In this document: piece by piece, positions 27,050 to 39,000 of the stretch
Layout of the letters: every line of letters begins with the position of its first letter
Numbering within the stretch: position 1 is the first letter of the stretch
Translations under genes and position numbers: made by a program
Notes under the pieces: generated by a model
Told to the model about the DNA's origin: nothing
Databases searched by the model: none
What the model saw: the letters and a program-made list of their open reading frames with translations, nothing else
Origin: Hydrolagus affinis
Taxonomy: Eukaryota
Assembly: GCA_012026655.1 (NCBI GenBank)
Contig: JAAILG010000997.1
Coordinates: forward strand, 1-64,000
DNA length: 64,000 nucleotides
Direction: 5' to 3'

Positions 27050-27115
27050 CACAAAGTCCAACCACCGCTGACCCCTTGCAGCAAGCATACGCAGGAGTCC
27101 AGCAATATGCAGGTC
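27050..27115 (+). CDS. CELF4: CELF4 coding exon (66 nt; 63 nt if the upstream GT is used)
   Basis: Long pyrimidine tract ending ttcacag|CA; translates [22 protein letters not shown]; donor GGTC|gttagt, alternative GCAG|gtcgtt. Confidence 0.93.
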
Positions 27116-27354
27116 GTTAGTATTAACACTTTATCTGCTTCTGACTTCAGGCACTCCAAACCTCTCTGTCGCTTTTAAGATAATAATCCTTGCATTTGCT
27201 TCACATTGCTGTGCGCAGATTGGCATTTCGCTTTGGCCTACAAAATAATAATAACAATTATAATCCTTGCATTTGATATACCACCTTCTCACATTGTTAA
27301 GACACCTCAAAGCGCTTCACAGAACATTCTGTAAAGTGAATTGACTGCCCATTC

Positions 27355-27760
27355 TCGTCTCTGCGTGTGAAGGTTGTGGGTTCAAGCCCCACATGGGGAC
27401 TTGGTAACATGCAGTCTTGGCTGATATTCCAATGCAGCGCTGGGGTGTGTTGCATTATTGAAGGTACAGTATGTTCCTTCAGAGGAAATGTTAAACTGGG
27501 GTCCGATCTACATTCAGGTGGACGCTAAAGACCCCATGGCACTATTCGCAAAGAGAAGGGAGTTTCTCCCGGTGTCCTGACTAACAATCCCCCAAATAAA
27601 ATTGGTCACTCACTCCATGGCTGTTTGTGGGGCACTGCTATGTGCAAATTGGTTTTCACGCACAAAATGCACAGTCACTCCACTTTACAGTCTACCCCAG
27701 GAAGTGCTTTGATACGTCTTAATGATGTGATCAAACGCCATATCAAATCCTAGGATTAAA
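27355..27760 (+). mobile_element. Deu-domain SINE, near full length
   Basis: GAAGGTTGTGGGTTCAAGCCCCAC...CAGGTGGACGCTAAAGACCCCATGGCACTATTCG...GGTGTCCTG; further copies at about 8770-9055, 11400-11610, 11930-12220, 14820-15130, 28990-29260, 44170-44490, 47560-47710 and 57420-57660. Confidence 0.85.
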
Positions 27761-29981
27761 ATCATTAATACTAGTTGTGTGAGGGGTGTTTGTGGCAGTC
27801 GGGTGGGGAGAGGTCAGGCTCAACTGTGCTGTGACCCACTGACACTCACTGCCAAGGCTCACTGAACAGTGAGTGAAGTGGCCACTTGGGTGGGAGGGTT
27901 AATCAGACACACTCGTTCTTTTTAAATAAAGTTTTTACATTTCTAGAATTAGGCTAAGCAGGATGCATCCCTCCAGGGAGAGAGTGCGTGTGCCATTCCA
28001 TCAATTTATCTCTGCAATTTCCAAGCATAACTGGGATGCATGGAATTCTCAATTTGGTTTGGATACTCTTAAGCATGTTGTTGATGGGTTCCCTCAGTGA
28101 CATCCGGCTGACAATTTTTTTTAGATTTAAATAGAGTCAAAAAGGCCAGAATTTTTTTCGGCTTGGGTGGTGACAAGTGGTGTCACATTGGGAACTGAGA
28201 GAATAGATTTTACAGAACTCCCGCGGTTCAGATAATGACTTTGAGATGCCTTGGTTGTTACATTCATTATTGTGCAAAGTCCCCCATCTTGTCGTTTGAC
28301 CTTTGGATGTGAAATTGTTTTTTGTTCTGTATTTATTGCAATATCCTCCTAAATGAGTATAATGTTTCACAACTTCACATTGGCAATAATTTAATCATTG
28401 CATGCCTTCTGAATTGATTTAATTTTAATTGCTTTCCAGATCAGTATGAGAACATTCTTAGTGTCTGTTCCAAGAATGATTACACCAGTGAAGTTCTACT
28501 ACAGTCATTTTTCATTGCGGTGTTAAGATTTACACCAGACATTAGGCACACTTCAGAAGCACCTCATCCTGTACCCTCCCAGTAACACTGCAAAAAAAAG
28601 TATGTTTCAAAGATTGGCATGTTATTCTATATTAGAAAAAAAGAGAGAGAGAGACATCCTATAGTGAGAGGATGATATTTCTTATGTACTTGAGAGAGAT
28701 TTGTTTGATTTTCACGCATCCCTGAGCGGGTCTTGATTGTTCACCACAAAATACACAGTCACTACACACCTGCAGTATCTCCTGCCAATCCAATAGGGGA
28801 GGAATCTCTGAAACAATGGTTGCAGGATTTGGTGAAAAAGAAAACGGACAGGGTTGACATTCTAGTGGTGAAAATAATACTAATAATCCTTACAATAATC
28901 CTTGATTTAGCACCTTTGACATTAGGATGAAATTCTCTTAGTGCTATAAAAAACAACAACAAAATCACATTTCCAGAGTGCCTTTTACGTCAGGAGGAAC
29001 GTAAAGTTTAGCCAAAATGCAGCAACTAATTTGTGCAAAGCAACGTCCGCCATGCAGTGAGTAACCAATTTTGTTTCGGGGCTTGTTGGCCAGGACACTG
29101 GGAGAAACTGGCTTTTCTTTAGTGCCATGGTATCTTTAACATCCCCTTGAATACCTCGGATTAACATCTCACCCAAAAAGGACGGCACCTCGGGCAATGC
29201 CGCGCAGTCCTAACACTGCACCATAGAGTCAGGCTAGAACATGTGAGTTTGAAGCTATAACTTCGGGTTTAAGACATTGCAGCAGATGTTGCCCCGAGGC
29301 CAGTGATAATTATTGGTCGCTTTGGACAGCAGTTTTGGTTGATGTGATAATTACTGTCAGTAATAATATCACTTGCTGTAATTTCGACCCAAATGTTATA
29401 ATTTATCATTCCATGCACAGAACAAAAACAACAGCACTGGGACCCCCTACCGTGCACAGAGTCTTGTTATCCTAAAGCTTCCCTCTGAACTTCTCCCACC
29501 CCACTCCCCCATTTGCTCCCTCCACTTGGCTAGCTCAGGCTTGCTGCGGCTCTTGCCCCCTCCATCCCACCATCTTCAGACACAGACAGTACTTAAAATA
29601 CTGTATAAATGCAAGTTGTTGTTGTTATCTATGCCTTTTCCTTACCTCCCTTCCCCTCACCATAGAAAAACAATAATAATATTGGTCACTTCAATCCACG
29701 ACTGTTTGTGGGGCACTGCTGTGCACAATTGGCTGCCGCGTTTCACCCACAAATATACAGTCAATTCACTTTACAGTATATTCTGTGAAGTGCTTTGAGA
29801 CATCTAGAAGACGTGATAAGGCACTATATCAAATGCAGGTATTATTATTATTATTATACAACATATTCGGAGTTGCCACTGATTGTAGGCAGGCTCACAT
29901 ATGTCCAGCTGATGTGGAATTCATGACCCCCTCACCCACCACTCCCCTCAGACTTCAGTGTTATTTTCCACATCAAAGTAG

Positions 29982-30017
<36 letters not shown>

Positions 30018-30867
30018 GAAACCTCACAAAGATTATAATTGAGTCGGTTTGTTTAGAGAATATTGTGAATTAGGAAATGCCAGCTGGTTCTTCCCGTACG
30101 TTGGTCTAATTATACTTTATAATGTAAAAAACGTTACAAGAAAATTAATGTTTACAGATGCTACCTGGGAGAAGGCGCCTGGCAACTCTAAGAGCTGCCG
30201 AAAGTCTTCATTACCCAAAGGAGGAAATTGATGGTTAACAATTGGTGTCTTGAGTGATTGACAGCGCAGAGTTCAGGGTGTACTCCCTTCAATCCATATT
30301 TCCACACAATCGATTTTTTTCGTGCAAAAGCCATCTTTTATTTTGCCCTGACACTGCAAAGTCTGCCGCTTGCATTTCAAACTTTGGGATTATTTTCCCT
30401 CCCTCCATCTCTCTTTCTCGTTCTCTTCTCTCCCTCTTTTTAAAGTTGAAAATTGCTTTGCCCTGGATACCTACCAGACCATACAGACAGTCCATCAAAT
30501 ACAATTAACCTTGAACAGGAAGTGTCAAGATAAAAGAGATTGATTGGCAGATTGACTTAACCGACTGAATATGAGGCAATGGATGAAGTGAGCAGCTGGA
30601 ATTGTATTAATCTCTCCATACAATTGCTCTGATCTATGCAGGATGAGGTGATGGGGGCTGAGGGGAGGTCTGCAGTTATTCCAATGCAGGGATTGGGGGG
30701 TTATCTTACACTAATCACAGCAAGCAGAGATCATTTTGTTGTGGTTTTATCACTGCATTTCTTTATTCTCAGTGTAGAGAAAAGTTGCCTATTTTAGTGA
30801 TCAATGTAGAGGACTCACCAGGCTACCCCTGAACCCACCCCCACCCCCCCCAAAACACACACAATGT

Positions 30868-31080
30868 GGAGTCCTATAGTTCAGTGGTTAGAGCACTCAC
30901 ATCACAACCAAGAGATCTGGGTTCGATTTCCGGCAGGACAGGGCGAAACCTTGGACAAGTTTCCTTACTCCACTCGCCTGACAGTAATCCCTCAAGAGGA
31001 AACAGTAATAAATTGGTCACGTCAATCCACAACTATAGTGCTGTGCGCTATACAAATTTAAGGATTATGATTATTACTTA
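30868..31080 (+). mobile_element. tRNA-derived SINE with internal deletion
   Basis: GGAGTCCTATAGTTCAGTGGTTAGAGCACTC...GGGTTCGATTTCC; body joins directly to the tail. Confidence 0.8.
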
Positions 31081-32821
31081 TTTTACTGGAGACATACAGC
31101 AACTATTCCAACCCGTGCCCTTGCTAACTGCCTAACAGCACAAGTGCTATCCACCAAACCAGCCCAGCTCCGTACCCAGTTAGCTGCACATTGACAACTT
31201 GGCTTTCTTCATCTTGCCAGCATTTTCTCGGTCTCACACAGGGAACATCGAGTCAAAAGAACAAGAGGACACAGCTTTAGCCTTGGGATTGAAGGACAGT
31301 TTCAACTTAGATATCAGGAAGTATTCCTTTATCCGCAGGGTAATTAACGACTGGAACAAGTTGCCGGGAAGGGTGGTTGGTGACTGGATACTTAATGCTC
31401 TGATTCGAAAACAGGAGGGACGGTATTATGGAAGGATGAGATCAAATGAGCCGAAGGGACTTCTTCATCTAAACCCATCTTGTGGTGTGAGAAGGCATCC
31501 TACACTTCCACATGCACCCCTCCTCCCATTGAAGTCGCCATCCACGGGCATTGTAGACAGAAAACAATCCTTTTCTTTGGTCAACCGGTTGTCTTAACAC
31601 GTGCAGAAACTATGCTTAAGAGTATCCAAACTGAAATGAGAATTCCATGCATCCCATCTCCACCTGGAAATCCCGGAGATTGATTGAATGTTGGAATGGA
31701 ATGCGCACTCTCTCCCTGGAGGAACACACTGGCACAAACCAACCCATGGAGGCAAGGATAGATATCAGGGACGATGCTGGGAAGAGTAGACTTTTGCCTC
31801 TCCATACCTGAAAGTTAATGTCATGGCAACAGCAAAATACCACACTGCAGACCTTTTTATTCAAATTTAAACACTGGTGGAAAGGTTAACACCGAGTTAA
31901 TCCACAATTTATTAAATATTACTTATTAAGTTTCAATGCCGTACAAAATCATCTGGGGAAAAGGTAAATTCCTGGCAAGGGCAGGAGCAATCTGGATAAG
32001 AAAGAACCCCTAACCAAAAAGGCAATACTCAGATAAATGCTTCTAAACAAGCCTCACAATAGAAAGAGGTGATAATAAATAATATAAATTACAGATGCAC
32101 ACAACTGTAACCTGGGTTCAATTCCCAGGCAGAGCAAAATGTTAGGTAAGTTTCCTTACTCCACATACCCTTAATATTATTAGTCCATAATCTTTACATC
32201 ACCTTTGATTATCATTTTATAGCAACACAATCCAGCACAGTTACAACATACAATACTCTTATAGTACTGTACTCTCATAACAGTACCAACATGCCTGATC
32301 ATAATGATCAATGTGTTCACAAGTTTAAAATACAGAGGAGACTAGAGAAATGTTTCATATCAATCCCTTCAGTCACACCTGACTGCATTGCATACAGACA
32401 TCGGGTAATCTGTGATTAAATAACATTTCAAAACAGATTGAAAGGGATTGATTGGGCAGTTTGCTTAAGTGCCTCCAAATTAAAGTAAAACTGGTTCCCA
32501 GCCATGGTCAGACTTTAGCACCATTGTTTATCTAGTATTAAGTATGAACCTGGTTGTGAATTGATCCGCAGATAATAATCCCTCTCCCAAAAAAATTGGG
32601 TCATTCAATCCACGGCGGTTTGTGAGTCAATGCTATGCACAATTGGCTGCCATGTTTCACCTACAAAATACACACTCAATTCATTTGACACTATACTCTG
32701 TTAAGCACTTTGAAACTTCTCAATGACGTGATAAAGCGCTTATATCAAATGCAAGGATTATTATTATTATTTTTAAAACACAGTGCTCACTTGAAGTGCT
32801 ATCTCTTACACTGTGTTACAG

Positions 32822-32902
32822 CTGCCTATCCTGCTGCGTATGGCCAGATCAGTCAAGCCTTTCCACAGCCTCCTCCTATGATCCCCCAGCAACAGAGAGA
32901 AG
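32822..32902 (+). CDS. CELF4: CELF4 coding exon (81 nt)
   Basis: tgttacag|CT...GAAG|gtaagt; translates [26 protein letters not shown]. Confidence 0.96.
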
Positions 32903-35900
32903 GTAAGTGTCTCACTGCATTGCACAAAAGACAAGTTTCTCTCCACCATCAACAAGGTGACTGAATTTAGTGGAGGAATTAAGATATAAGTGAGTTACAA
33001 GTTGGAAAGTGTGTTGTGTTTTCAAATAAGGAGAAAATGAACACTTGTTTAAAAGGTTTTCAATGTAGTTTATTGTTGGTAATAAGAGTGATGCTGAAAT
33101 AACTAATAACTAATAATTTGTTACTTTGAGATCGAGTGACTTGAAGAGGCCTGTGGATTGCTGTCCAGGCTGGGGGTAAATTTGGGGATGAGGGGTGGGG
33201 GGAAATCAGCAAGATAGAAGAAGAGAAAGACAATTCAGCCAGTCAAACCCACATACCCCATTCTTCTTTGATGCTTTCTTGTTATTATTACAGCCAGCAG
33301 TGAAACTCCTTCTGTCTGCGTGTGTTTTGAATGTAGAATTGAAGTTTATCACTGTCAGGTTATGCCATTAGAAGATCTAACATACACTGTGTGCTGCCTA
33401 ATCATGTACTCCGCTACAGCAAGCAACACCTCTGTGAATCCCTCGATGCAATCACAGTAACAATGCCACAGAGGTTAGACTATAAACTGTGAGCAATTTG
33501 TAACAGCGAACACCTTTTTGACTCACAATGTCCTGCTAATGTTGTTCAGGATGTAATTTTCAGACACTTTGACTTACTGTAAGCCTGGATACACCATTTC
33601 AACCTGGCTATAGGCAACCTGTTCCTTTATTATGCTATGAATGTGTATTTCGGAGATGAGTGCATTGTGATGTAGGTGAGATATTTTGACGTTATAGGCG
33701 CTATATCAAATTCCAGGATTATTATTTTTATAGCCAAATGCAAGTGCTAATAACACTTACCACTGGCAATGGGGAAAGTTCACAGCCAGAAAGGAAAGCC
33801 ACAGTTTTGCTGGTAGATTGGGTGCTGTGATTTCCAATGCAAACAGGACATTGACACAGCGCAAAGATCCAGAGGGAAATGTGAGAGACATAGGAATAGG
33901 AGTGGGCCATTTAGCCCATCGAGCCTGTTCCACCATTCTATTAGATAATGGCTGATCTGTACCTCAACTCCAATTACCCGCCTTTTCTCCATATCCCTTG
34001 ATACTCGTACCTAACACATACATACCAGTCTTGAAAGTTCAAATTTCCACAGCCCTATGTGTGAGAAAAAATGCTCCTGGTTTCCCTCCTAACTGACCCA
34101 GCTCTAATTTGGTTGGCTGTTTCACCCACAAAATGTACTGTCAATTCACTTTACAGTATATCCTGTGAAGCGCCTTGGGAAGTCTCAATGACGTGATAAG
34201 GCGCCATATCAAATGAAAGGGTTATTATTAGAAGCAAGCCTGCAAAACCACACACACAGTATAAAACCAACGGCAAGGTTCGTCCTAATAAAAATTACAG
34301 GTCGGGGATATTATTTATAATGTACAGTGCTGACCAGTCCACAAGAGGATGTTGTATCAGTTTGACACAGAAAGGATCAAGTCCAAGACTAGTGGGTGTC
34401 ACTGGGAAGCTTTAACGGCAATTTTATTGGTATTTCCACATCTTTGATTCCAGGGAAATGTCACAGGGACCAAGAATCTCTGTGAAAGGCTGCATTAGCA
34501 TTATCAATTCATCCTTGGCAAGTATGATAATAACATATTAGCCAAGGGAATACTGGTTAGCAAATATTCATTAGGACTCAATTTACTATTAAAAGGAAGA
34601 AATAGTGGGATCCCATCATTCAGATGAAGCCAAGGCTAATACATTTTAATGAAGTGAAAATGGGCTGCTGTCAGCTCCCAGACTGACTTGTTCATTTTAA
34701 GTTTTGTCAGTGATGTGAATGAATAAATGCCGTTAATGCCATAGTAATCTGCGGGGTCACAATGAAAACTTCACTCTTCAAATGCAATGGAAGACTTCAT
34801 AAATTTTGAAACGCGTTTTGAAGTAAAATCAAATTCAAACCTTGTCAAGTACAATTGAAAACATTTAGCGCAGCAAATTGCATTACATTACTTACCCTGA
34901 GTCCACCTTTCCCTATTCATTCTTGCTGTGCTCTTCTATCACTATCCACATGCCCAGCCCAGCAATAAATACATTCGTCTTTCACTGTCAAAACCAAGCC
35001 AACCCTCTGTGGTGGTCTCGGTAATCCAGTTCCTGATCCAGGCGGGTAAGCAGGACTCAAGGGCACTGCTGGTGACAACACAATCAGCCTGGCTCATCGA
35101 CAGGACTTGGAAGGATAGACTAGTCATGAGGGGCGATTACTCTTCCCACTCAGCACCTATTAACCCTACAAGCCAAAGCCCTAATGTTCTGTGTGATCCT
35201 ATCTGGAGAAACAATGGGGAATCTTGCCAGACAGGCAAGCTGGTTAGAGTTGGCTTCCAAAGGCAAGCTATGCTATTTTAGTTGGTTGGACTCGTACAGT
35301 ACCCCAATACATACACACTCCAGTGTTTAGTGATACTGTAGGAACCAGTACCCACCTACACCAAAGGTTTAAAGCAATGTTCACTTACAATGGGATTTTC
35401 TGAATTCAGCAAAGGCAATTTATAGGGGAGTCATTCAACCTTGGTCTAAACCTACACAGGTTTTTTTTTAACATTCTATTTCTTTTTTTTTAAATCTACA
35501 GAAAATCCATTTCAAGATTAAGACAGCTTTGAAGACAGTAGTCAAAATTTAATTAATTTTACTCGATTTGTCAATTTCTTCACATTCTGAAATGCTAAGA
35601 AAATATTGTTGGAATTACTGCTTCCATATGTTTGCATGAGAGATAATGTCAGAGAAATGTCTTAACGTTCAGGCATGTCTTACAGTGATGTTGTGCCCAC
35701 ACAAAGTATTCTGAGTATTATATGATTTGCCCACAAAATATACAGCCAACTCATTTAACAGTAGACTTGACGCGATAAAGTACCATATCAAATGCAAGGG
35801 TTATTATTTATCATTATATATGTTTCAACATTTTTTTTAGGAAACTGAAATGTGCTGCTTCTTATTCATATTATCCACTTACGTGCCATGCTTCACCTTT

Positions 35901-35929
35901 TCAATGTTGGTACAACGCTTTCTCTGCAG

Positions 35930-36073
35930 GTCCGGAGGGCTGCAACCTGTTTATCTATCACCTCCCTCAAGAGTTTGGAGATGCTGAGCTCATGCAAATG
36001 TTCCTGCCTTTCGGTAATGTCATCTCCTCAAAAGTGTTTGTGGATCGAGCGACAAACCAAAGTAAATGCTTTG
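35930..36073 (+). CDS. CELF4: CELF4 coding exon, RRM3 N-terminal part (144 nt; 84 nt with the internal donor)
   Basis: tttctctgcag|GT...TTTG|gtgggt; contains RNP2 LFIYHL and the start of RNP1 (KCF). Confidence 0.96.
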
Positions 36074-39000
36074 GTGGGTACAGATAAAAAAAAGTTCAAT
36101 TGCTATTCTGTGAAAACACGGTTTTAAAGAAAATACATTTTATTGTCAATACACTGAAATAATTATGTCTATAAGTGGGTCAATGGAGCGCAAAGGGTTT
36201 AGCTCTTTTGTGAATTAACGTTTAACCTTTCCCCTCAGCATACAAAACCTCCCTCTGCTTCAATTAACAGATTGCTTTACTGGGGAAAAAATGTATAGAC
36301 TGCTGAGAGCAAAGGGCTGAATTGTATTTAACATTACAATATTCTTGCTTTGCTTTTAGATTACCAGAAACTCTTGTACGTAGACTTGCAGAATATTGTA
36401 TTTCCTTGAATGTAACAAAGGTCTCAAGTATTTCCGTGTTCGTACAACTCGAATTTAGGGAGTCAATCCTCAAATTAGCCAAATCATACAAACCCACAGA
36501 CTTCAAATTAGAAAATGCTTTCTGATTAGTTTACTAATTTGAGATGGTTGCATTATGCTGGCCTGAAATTCAAGTGAAACTGAATTGAACTAGAATTGTT
36601 TTCTCATGGGAAAAACTATAAGACTTTGTGGAGTTAACTTAACTCTTATGTATTTGTTTCCTTGATGGTGAGGGTGTTACTGAGTACTAAGCTCACCTTT
36701 TTCTTTTACGTTTGATTTTGCCCACAAAATATACATTTAATTCACTTTACAGCATATTCTGTGAAGGGCTTTGAGATGTCTCAATGACGTGAGAAGACAC
36801 TATATCAAATGCAAGGATTATTATTATTTATGGAGAATCGTGACCTTTCCTATATGGGTTGGGCTCCTATTTGACGGAAAGGAAATTTGTTCATCCCTAA
36901 GAACAGTGCCAATTACTCCACGCCTCCCAGCGCCACCACCCCCACTCCCCCAGGGGAGTCCTTTAGGCCATATATAGTTAAAGTAGCCAAAATGGCATCT
37001 TCCTTAATAACTGTGGAAACGACTTCTGACCACTGGAATGTTTTACTTGTCCAGGCATCAATAGTTGCGCTACCTTTCCCCACCTTTATCGTTAAAAATC
37101 GTCGAATGAAATATTCCCCAAAATGAAAACTGATTCTGGGTTAAACTGAACAGAATAAACAAATTAAACGTCCACTTTTTTTTACACTGCGTGCACGTCA
37201 CAGCTCTCTTTTTTTTTTACGCACCTTATTTAGTCTCAAATCCTGATCAGTTGCCTTTCAATAAACGGGCAGGACATCTGCTCTGGGGAGATATGTAGAG
37301 TGATACGGCACGGAAACAGGTCATTTGGCCTGACTTGGTCAGTATCATGCTGAACCAATGGGTTGTATTCAAGGAAATAAGACAATCGTTGATGAGATTA
37401 ACTTGTACATAGGGAAACTCCCATCGGCGCTCTTCCAACACACATTGATTGCATCAAAGTTTCAATGTCTTTTGAAACTACGTTCAAAAACGAAGCATCT
37501 GCCAGGTCGATAGTTTTGCCTGGTTCCCACTGTAAACCCATCCACCATTTAATGGCCTGACTAATGAGGGCAAGATAGTTTTTTTTGTAGTATTGCAGAA
37601 TGACCTACTATGCTGTGTAAACATATTTATTGCAGAGAGGAATATAAATAAAAGAAAACATCAAATATTTCATAATTTATTATTATACTGTTTCCTTGAG
37701 TCAACAGTGCTAAAGCTTAGCATGTTCGGCAGTCAAACCCACTTTCAGTTGAATTGTTGCAACCAGCACTCAATGGTTTCCTTGACATTTTAAGATGTAT
37801 GTTTGTTAAACTAAGGAACAGAGATTTTTAATATATGTTTTACTGTAATATGGGATTTTCAACACCTTTTTGTATGGCATCATATGGTACATTTGTCACA
37901 ATAAAAAATGCAAAGAACAAAGATATCTCCAACCAGTTAAATGTTACGTCGGTCTGTTCTGACAACTGTAACTGAGCGAGGGCTGAAAGTGACATCCAGT
38001 CTCTGTGCTATTTTTTCAATCTTGTTCTGTTGCCTCTGTTTGTCATTCGTCAGACGCTATTTACACCCGTGTCTCTCGCAGGACCTTGGTTTTTCCCAAG
38101 CATTAAAGAAAATAGGGTGATGCACTCACCATCATCTTTGTTTCTTCTCCTTCGAAGTTCGACTGAACCTAAATGATTTGCACCTGACTCTTACTCAAAA
38201 TATTTAAAATTTCGCCCACAAAATACAATCAATCCACGTCACAATATATTGTGTGAAGCACTTTGTGATGTCTCAAGGATATGATAAGACAAATGCAAGG
38301 ATTATTATTATTGTACAGTTCCATTGCACAGCAGTCCTGTAACCTTTATTTGGGACGCTGCCATACAGCAGCTATTGTTTAAACCCTATGAAGCACAAGG
38401 AGCTTTGATGCACCAAAATGCCAAATGCCCTACTCGGCTTATGAACTGAGCTCCAATTTTCCATTGTTCTACACCAGAATCAAAAGCACAGTCCCGGGAG
38501 TTCTCAAAGTGTCCCTCGTCGTCCTCGAAAGGTGTTTAACAAAAAAAATCAAAGGAGTCCAGGCCCTGTACTGTTTACGCCAACTGCAATTTGCATCGGT
38601 TGGATGTTCTCCGCCGGGAAGGATTATCTGTGGGATGTGTCTAACCTGTTACTTAATTGTTAACACATCTCTATGTCTTTCCCTGTGGCTATTTTCTAAT
38701 AGCCATCCCTGCTTTACTTCCTTTTCCCAAAATTCGAATAAGCAAAAAAACACTGTGCAAAGCCCACGGTTCTGTTTATCTCAGAACAAGAAATCCTCAT
38801 TGGGAGCTCTGTTCTTTCTTGATTTGGTCAAGATCGTGTTTTGATCAGTTTGTAATCGCATTTCAGGGAGGATAGTTTGGTTCACGGACTGTATTATAGG
38901 GATGTTAATCGTAGGCTTGGGTCAGCCATGTCATTTCATATGAAACCTGCACAGAGCTGGGACTGAAATTCCATTCAGTGTTATGCCTGTCACCTTTGCT

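Noticed and set aside
34940-35130. Minus-strand peptide LPAWIRNWITE as an exon of another gene
   Set aside because: Resembles a decayed CR1-type RT segment; no coherent splice or ORF context
38082-38116. Possible small exon (ctcgcag|...AGG|gtgatg)
   Set aside because: Weak donor, a competing AG just upstream, and no other support
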